Assembly (NCBI GenBank): GCA_049472315.1
Contig: JBLIRN010000019.1
Location: 1-57,575, forward strand
Origin: a bacterium
GTDB lineage: Bacteria; SZUA-182; DTGQ01; JAFGSM01
Reading direction: 5' to 3'
Length of the DNA: 57,575 bases
Shown one piece after another: positions 52,325 to 57,575 of the stretch; positions within the stretch are counted from its first letter, which is position 1; every line of letters starts with the position of its first letter. Position numbers and translations under genes: made by a program. The notes below the pieces were generated by a model. It was not told the origin of the DNA and made no database searches. It saw nothing but the letters and a program-made list of their open reading frames with translations.

Positions 52325-53014
52325 ATGATGGAAGTCATTATGGATATTCCGATCGAATTGGACCTGGCTGCACTTTTTAAAAGGGCGGGTATAGAGCCCG
52401 ATACGACCGAAGCAGAAAGATTCGAGTGGCTTATTCAAGAAGTCCATGTCCAAGCGAGCCCTAAGGCCATTTATAAAGCGGCATTCATAGAGGCCAAGGG
52501 CGTTGACACTGTCATTATTGATGGTGTTGAATTTAGGAGTCGTGCGTTGAGAATGAATCTGGACAAGGCGGAGCGGGTATTTCCGTATATCGCCACCTGC
52601 GGTCATGAACTGGACCAGATCAACGTCCCGGAAGACGATGAACAGGCGCATCACTGGCTGGATGTGATCAAGGCGGAGATATTGATGCAGTGTCTGCGTT
52701 TTTTGAAGGACTTGCTGAACCATAAATACATGCCGGGCAGGACCTCAACAATGAACCCTGGTTCCGGAGATGCGGCTGTGTGGCCAATCGAGCAACAAAG
52801 GGAATTGTTTTCCTTTTTTGGGGATGTACAGCGCCTCATCGGCGTAACACTCACGGAAGATTTCGTGATGATTCCCGATAAGACGGTATCCGGGATCAGA
52901 TTCCCAACACAGCTCGACTTTAGAAGCTGTCAGATCTGCAGGAGAGAAGATTGCCCCCTTCGAAAGGCCTCATTTAACAGGGATCTGTGGGAATCCCTCA
53001 TGCGCGAGCATTGA
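52325..53014 (+). CDS. Stand-alone B12-dependent methionine synthase activation-domain-like protein
   Basis: VFPYIATCG, MNPGSG...WPIEQQRELF, IGVTLTEDFVMIPDKTVSG, CQICRREDCPLR. Confidence 0.82.
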   Translation: MMEVIMDIPIELDLAALFKRAGIEPDTTEAERFEWLIQEVHVQASPKAIYKAAFIEAKGVDTVIIDGVEFRSRALRMNLDKAERVFPYIATCGHELDQINVPEDDEQAHHWLDVIKAEILMQCLRFLKDLLNHKYMPGRTSTMNPGSGDAAVWPIEQQRELFSFFGDVQRLIGVTLTEDFVMIPDKTVSGIRFPTQLDFRSCQICRREDCPLRKASFNRDLWESLMREH

Positions 53015-53097
53015 AAAGGTGTATAAAGGCGGGCGGAATAGAGATTAATGAGATGGTGCGGGGTGTGTACCATATGCTATAAGCGGGAACCATTCAT

Positions 53098-53646
53098 GTG
53101 GAGACCTATACCGCAGTAAGAGATTTTGTTCGCAATCCCCACTACCTTGAGCAAAGGAAGGCATCCTTAAGCACGCTGGATTTCAACACCATTGATCCGC
53201 CTATCGTTGAGATCATAAGGGATTTTACCAGGCTGCCGTATTGTTTCACCTTGCAGAGCTGCTACGGACATTTTTTATATGATACTCAAAGGGACCCAAA
53301 AAACACTGGGCCTATGCCACGTTCAGGGAACATCGGGCACGTTGATTACAGAATCGCCTATATTGCTTTATGTTTAGAAAACAGCGTATTAGGCAAAGAG
53401 TTATTCCGTGAGTTGGAAAGGATTCCAATGATAGATCCCGCCTATATCCAATTCGGATGCGCGGAATGGTTCTGGAAAAGACAGGTGAATTCGTTTGTTT
53501 TACAGGTCCAGCCGGAAGGCCATAGAACAGAAGACCGGTTCCCGGTGAGTTATCAGGAGTCATTACATATCGAAGGGATTCGCAATCAATTCTTTCATCG
53601 ATTGAAAGAATGCATTCAGAGAATGCCCGAGACATGGGACGGCTGA
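53098..53646 (+). CDS. Hypothetical protein with TYW3-like N-terminal motif
   Basis: IDPPIVEII...FTLQSCYGH resembles the D..I.....TxSSCxGR motif of Tyw3. Confidence 0.65.
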   Translation: METYTAVRDFVRNPHYLEQRKASLSTLDFNTIDPPIVEIIRDFTRLPYCFTLQSCYGHFLYDTQRDPKNTGPMPRSGNIGHVDYRIAYIALCLENSVLGKELFRELERIPMIDPAYIQFGCAEWFWKRQVNSFVLQVQPEGHRTEDRFPVSYQESLHIEGIRNQFFHRLKECIQRMPETWDG

Positions 53647-53943
53647 TTTTCGCCGGTCTCTGCTTTTGATTTGAAAAAAATATTCTCCGTATTTACAATA
53701 TATATAAATGCCGGTTTCAGTAATCACATCTATTGCTTGTCTTTAAAGACAATCCTTTTTTGCCTCGCAACTGGCGTATTACATTCACCTCCGACTGTGT
53801 TTGCTCCATCCATCGTTTTAACGTAAGTCCATGGAAGGTTTAATCTGCAGAAGATTGATTCGGCACTGCTTGAGTGTCTGAGAAGAATCATTTGATGCCC
53901 GATACGTGTGGAGCGGAGCGTGATTCTTTTAAAGGAGACTGAC

Positions 53944-56900
53944 ATGAAAAGGCGCAGATATCTCGCCATTCCCTTTATTATCTTTCTTGGCCTATCAGCC
54001 CCGCTATTATGCTGCTCCATCTGCCCTGGCGCCCAAAGTGAATATGAACTCGTGGTACACAACTTCCTGCAGTTCGTCAAGAGTCAAAAAGGGGTGGAGA
54101 CCGCTCAATTCTTACAGGGAAATCGACTGGAGCCCGGCAAACCGGAAATCATGATCGGATACCTTGCAGCCCTGGAAAACGGCGGACATGTCCTTGTCTC
54201 CTCATCGAGGGATCTGACCCCCATCAAGTCCTATTCGCTGGACTATGATTTTGATGACATGCCTGTCAATTATAGAAAATTTTTGTTGAAGGAACTGGAA
54301 TATCATGCCAGGGCATTACTCGTTCAAGAAGCCGATCGAAGACGAACCCAGGTCATCGATGAGAACCATGCGCGATGGGACTTCTTGATCAACCTTCCAC
54401 AGCATCTCATTAGATACAATGATGTGCCGGATACGTTTTTATTGCAGACACAATGGGATCAGGACCCGCCGTTCAATGCATTCATGCCTGAAATCGGCGG
54501 GCAGGACACCCTGGTGGGGTGTGTTCCCGTGGCCTTAGGGCAGATCATGTACTATCACCAGTACCCATCGGCCGGACAGGGAAAGGCAGTGTACGAGCAT
54601 AACGGGGCACCTTGGATGGCGTACCTTGCCAAGCCCATTCCCTGGGGGATCATGCCCCCTGATATCCACCTGGATACACCCCAATATCAGAAGGATGCGG
54701 TGGGGCGGTTCCTGCGGGACCTGGCGTTCGCAAATCATACCCGATTCGGGGTGCTTGATTCCGGCACGTCACTCAACACGGACGCCCTGATTCAAAACTA
54801 TGCCTATTCAACGGACATCGCCACCATGACGAATACGGATCCGAATATCTTCTTCACCACCGTCCGGGATCAGATAGACAGCGGACTGCCTGTGCTGTTG
54901 GCCTTTCACGAGCCCCATGCGGGTGTGATCGACGGCTACCAATCGAATGAAGCAGGGAATGCGATACATATCAACTTCGGATGGGGCGGCTATCATGATG
55001 GATTCTATTCTCCGGAGGAGAATATAGCCGTGGCACCCTATACATTTACCCCGGTCTTGACCATCTACTATGACATCCGACCCTGCTCCGGTGCGGATTG
55101 CTGGGTGAATCTGGAGCCTCTGGACCGTGTGGATGGTGTGTGCATCGAGGGAGAATTCGATTCCGACACGGATACGGACACCTACAGCATCTTTTGCTCG
55201 GGGGATACCGTACTGACGGGCAATGCGGAATCAGGAGGGGATTTCTACTACGGCATCCATGGGGGGGAGATACAACAGGAGACCTCCGGGCCTTCCCTCA
55301 CAATTGCAAATGTGCCCCCCGGTGAATATGCAGTGAGCGCATCCCTGTGCGGCGATTCCGAATGCCTTGATTATCTCCCTGGATCTCCGGGCTATACGAT
55401 CTGTGTGAACTCGGATACCACAACATCCGGGATGATCCATTGCACCGGACAGACCCAATGCCACTCCGGACTGGAATCCGAGGACGCCGTTCAGGGGATA
55501 TCCATAAGCGGCCGGTTCGATACATCCAAGGATAGCGATAGGTACGAAATCTACTGTTCAGGGAACACCACACTGGAGGGATCACGGGGATTCTCGAACC
55601 AGGCATTCTTTATCGGGATCTATGACCACGATGGGTTGCTTATTCAGGAAGGCTATGAATCGTTCGGAGTCGATCTCCCCATGGGGAAATACACCGTGAG
55701 GTCATCGCTCTGCAACGATGCGGGAACGAGCTGCTACGGCGACTATGTGGACCCCTTCAAGGAGTATCACCTCACCGTTCATACCGGCCCCCTCACCCAG
55801 GCGCAAATCGCAGGGATTGATGAGACCATAGAAGTCCCCCCTGTCATCGATAATGTCTTGCAGGACGTGATCGTACAAAACGGCTCATCCCTCGCCATCT
55901 ATATCGAGTCCTTTGATGTGAACGGCCAGGCCGTGACACTCGATGCCTCAAGCAATGAGAGCAGGATCGGGGTATCCCTGCAGCCATATAATGTGTTGAG
56001 GATCACCCCCAGCGCTCCACAGGTCGGCGGTGTAATCACGGTCACGGCAACGGCAAATGGCGAGACCACCGTACGCTCCTTTGTGGCACTGACCATGGAC
56101 GAGGTGATCGGATTCGGCACGGAATTCACGATGAGCGGGACATTCCAGGATCAGGATACCCATAACCTGCACCAGGCCATACTGGATGGCAACTGCACAA
56201 TCAGCGGGTTCAACGGATTTACCAATCAGGCCTTTTTTATCGGGGTCATGGATCAGGACCAGGACTATGTTGAGCAGCCCACATACAGCGAAATAAGCGG
56301 TCATTTCACCAGGGGTCCTTATCTGCTCGGGGCGTCCTTATGGCAGGACCCGCAGGCACATGAGAGCCCCTATTTTCCCTACGAGCAAGGCCAGGGGGAC
56401 CGTTATGAGATAACGGTGGTGTGCCCGGATGCCGATGACAGTATCGTTACCATTGCCGATGAGTACGGCATATCGATTCAACTGTGCAACCCGGAGGTAT
56501 GTAACGGTGAGGACGACGACTGCGACGGGGAGGTGGATGAGGATGGCGCAGCGGGATGCACCCGGTACTACCGGGATGCGGACGGGGACGGCTACGGGGC
56601 GACAGAAGAGAGCCGTTGCACCTGCCTGCGGGAACCCTTTGGTGAATATACCACGATCGTGAGCGGTGACCCCAATGATTCCAATCCCTTTGAACGGCCG
56701 GACCCTGAGGGGATGAGTGTGCCGGTGTCCGTCGGATTCGATAGTGGCTGGGCCATGTTCTCCCTTCCGGTCATACCGGCTGATGCAAGGGTACGGACCG
56801 TCCTTCCCGATGCAAAGGCGGTCTTTTCCCTATCCGGCACCACATACGAGCTCCTTGATCCGAACGACATCCTATATTTTGGAGAAGGATACTGGGTGTA

Positions 56901-57165
56901 CCATGGTGCACCGATAACCTGTGATATCACCGGTGAACCTGTGGAAGGATATGCCATCACCAATCTCCCGCCGGGGTGGTCGATGGTCGGGGGATGCTCG
57001 TTTCGTGCGCATCCCTCTGTGGAAAGCGGAAGGATCCGGGGCCTGTTTGGATTTGCGAATGCCTATGTTCACCTTGATCCCGTTCAGGAGCCCATGACGC
57101 CTTCCCGGGGATATTGGGTCAATTGCTCCGAACAGACCACCCTGTGGGTCAATGCCATTCAGTAA
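53944..57165 (+). CDS. C10 cysteine peptidase, paralog 2, with duplicated accessory domains, Cys/Asp-rich (MopE-related) motif and distinct C-terminal domain
   Basis: QTQWDQDPPFN, VGCVPVALGQIMYY, HAGVIDGY, HINFGWGG; EVCNGEDDDCDGEVDE, YYRDADGDGYG; GWAMFSLP...GYWV. Confidence 0.9.
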   Translation: MKRRRYLAIPFIIFLGLSAPLLCCSICPGAQSEYELVVHNFLQFVKSQKGVETAQFLQGNRLEPGKPEIMIGYLAALENGGHVLVSSSRDLTPIKSYSLDYDFDDMPVNYRKFLLKELEYHARALLVQEADRRRTQVIDENHARWDFLINLPQHLIRYNDVPDTFLLQTQWDQDPPFNAFMPEIGGQDTLVGCVPVALGQIMYYHQYPSAGQGKAVYEHNGAPWMAYLAKPIPWGIMPPDIHLDTPQYQKDAVGRFLRDLAFANHTRFGVLDSGTSLNTDALIQNYAYSTDIATMTNTDPNIFFTTVRDQIDSGLPVLLAFHEPHAGVIDGYQSNEAGNAIHINFGWGGYHDGFYSPEENIAVAPYTFTPVLTIYYDIRPCSGADCWVNLEPLDRVDGVCIEGEFDSDTDTDTYSIFCSGDTVLTGNAESGGDFYYGIHGGEIQQETSGPSLTIANVPPGEYAVSASLCGDSECLDYLPGSPGYTICVNSDTTTSGMIHCTGQTQCHSGLESEDAVQGISISGRFDTSKDSDRYEIYCSGNTTLEGSRGFSNQAFFIGIYDHDGLLIQEGYESFGVDLPMGKYTVRSSLCNDAGTSCYGDYVDPFKEYHLTVHTGPLTQAQIAGIDETIEVPPVIDNVLQDVIVQNGSSLAIYIESFDVNGQAVTLDASSNESRIGVSLQPYNVLRITPSAPQVGGVITVTATANGETTVRSFVALTMDEVIGFGTEFTMSGTFQDQDTHNLHQAILDGNCTISGFNGFTNQAFFIGVMDQDQDYVEQPTYSEISGHFTRGPYLLGASLWQDPQAHESPYFPYEQGQGDRYEITVVCPDADDSIVTIADEYGISIQLCNPEVCNGEDDDCDGEVDEDGAAGCTRYYRDADGDGYGATEESRCTCLREPFGEYTTIVSGDPNDSNPFERPDPEGMSVPVSVGFDSGWAMFSLPVIPADARVRTVLPDAKAVFSLSGTTYELLDPNDILYFGEGYWVYHGAPITCDITGEPVEGYAITNLPPGWSMVGGCSFRAHPSVESGRIRGLFGFANAYVHLDPVQEPMTPSRGYWVNCSEQTTLWVNAIQ

Positions 57166-57289
57166 TGATACCTCGTTGCACTCAATCGATACCATCCTTG
57201 GACTCGGAGGTGACCCTGTAAGAGTGGAAAGCCGGCAAGGCCGTGAGGGCGGATTAAAAATGGTGACTGCAAGGCAAAAGAGCCGGAAG

Positions 57290-57321
57290 CCCGTTAGGGG
57301 TTTGCGCCCTGCCAGGCGCAT
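57290..57321 (-). mobile_element. Probable 5' fragment of a group IIC intron
   Basis: Minus strand ATGCGCCTGGCAGGGCGCAAACCCCTAACGGG starts a few nt after a terminator; resembles the GTGCGCCCGGCATGGG 5' end of class C introns. Confidence 0.4.
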
Positions 57322-57325
57322 AATA

Positions 57326-57356
57326 TAAAGGGCAGCCTTTTTAAGGCTGCCCCTTA
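57326..57356. terminator. Bidirectional terminator hairpin
   Basis: taaagggcagcctt-ttt-aaggctgcccctta between convergent genes. Confidence 0.8.
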
Positions 57357-57394
57357 TTGGGGAAAAGCATGCTCAATACAGGGGCTGCTTTGGA

Positions 57395-57535
57395 TCACTT
57401 ATTGACGCGTACCTGTTTCTGTACCACCGTACCCTGTCCTTTGTCACCTCGATTCTTGTCCCCGCCTGCGAACGCAGGGGATGTCAGCAAACCCAGAAAT
57501 AGAGCGATCAACATAACGATAGCTGTCTTCTTCAC
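57395..57535 (-). CDS. 46-aa secreted peptide MKKTAIVMLIALFLGLLTSPAFA-GGDKNRGDKGQGTVVQKQVRVNK, not in the ORF track
   Basis: SD aagggag before GTG; textbook signal peptide ending AFA; terminator downstream. Confidence 0.7.
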   Translation of the reverse strand: MKKTAIVMLIALFLGLLTSPAFAGGDKNRGDKGQGTVVQKQVRVNK

Positions 57536-57575
57536 GTGAACGTCTCCCTTCTGTAATACGATTTGATTGCAAAAG

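Noticed and set aside
57200..57325. c-di-GMP-I or cobalamin riboswitch, or 6S RNA
   Set aside because: Core consensus elements do not match and the region lies between convergent gene ends

Overview
57.6-kb chromosomal segment of a Gram-negative, probably anaerobic bacterium (Deltaproteobacteria-like gene content; taxonomy is inferred). Housekeeping genes: rnr, rarA, nitroreductase, a FabG-like SDR, miaB-DUF151-VanZ-EndoIII-like-HAD, tRNA-Val(CAC), msrAB, znuABC, a complete nine-gene V/A-type ATPase operon, a broken ArsR/permease/thioredoxin locus, lhr, an M24 peptidase, an NYN protein, an FHA-PP2C-Ser/Thr kinase cluster and a MetH-activation-domain-like gene. These are mixed with many exported proteins: two paralogous C10 cysteine proteases, a 14-repeat propeller protein, a tetraheme and an octaheme cytochrome c. 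The most striking pattern is a dispersed set of about nine signal-peptide-bearing proteins that consist of, or carry, aromatic/Gly/Ser/Pro-rich low-complexity tracts. Two are YGG-repeat proteins that both end in GGYW. Four of these genes are preceded by 4-8 aa mini-ORFs with strong Shine-Dalgarno sequences. Also seen: three small genes absent or mis-started in the ORF track (20-aa Cys-rich, 51-aa membrane, 46-aa secreted), a MITE/REP-like element, a probable group IIC intron 5' fragment and several sigma54-like promoters. No CRISPR array, integrase, transposase or rRNA was seen. All family assignments come from motif recognition by eye, not from database searches.
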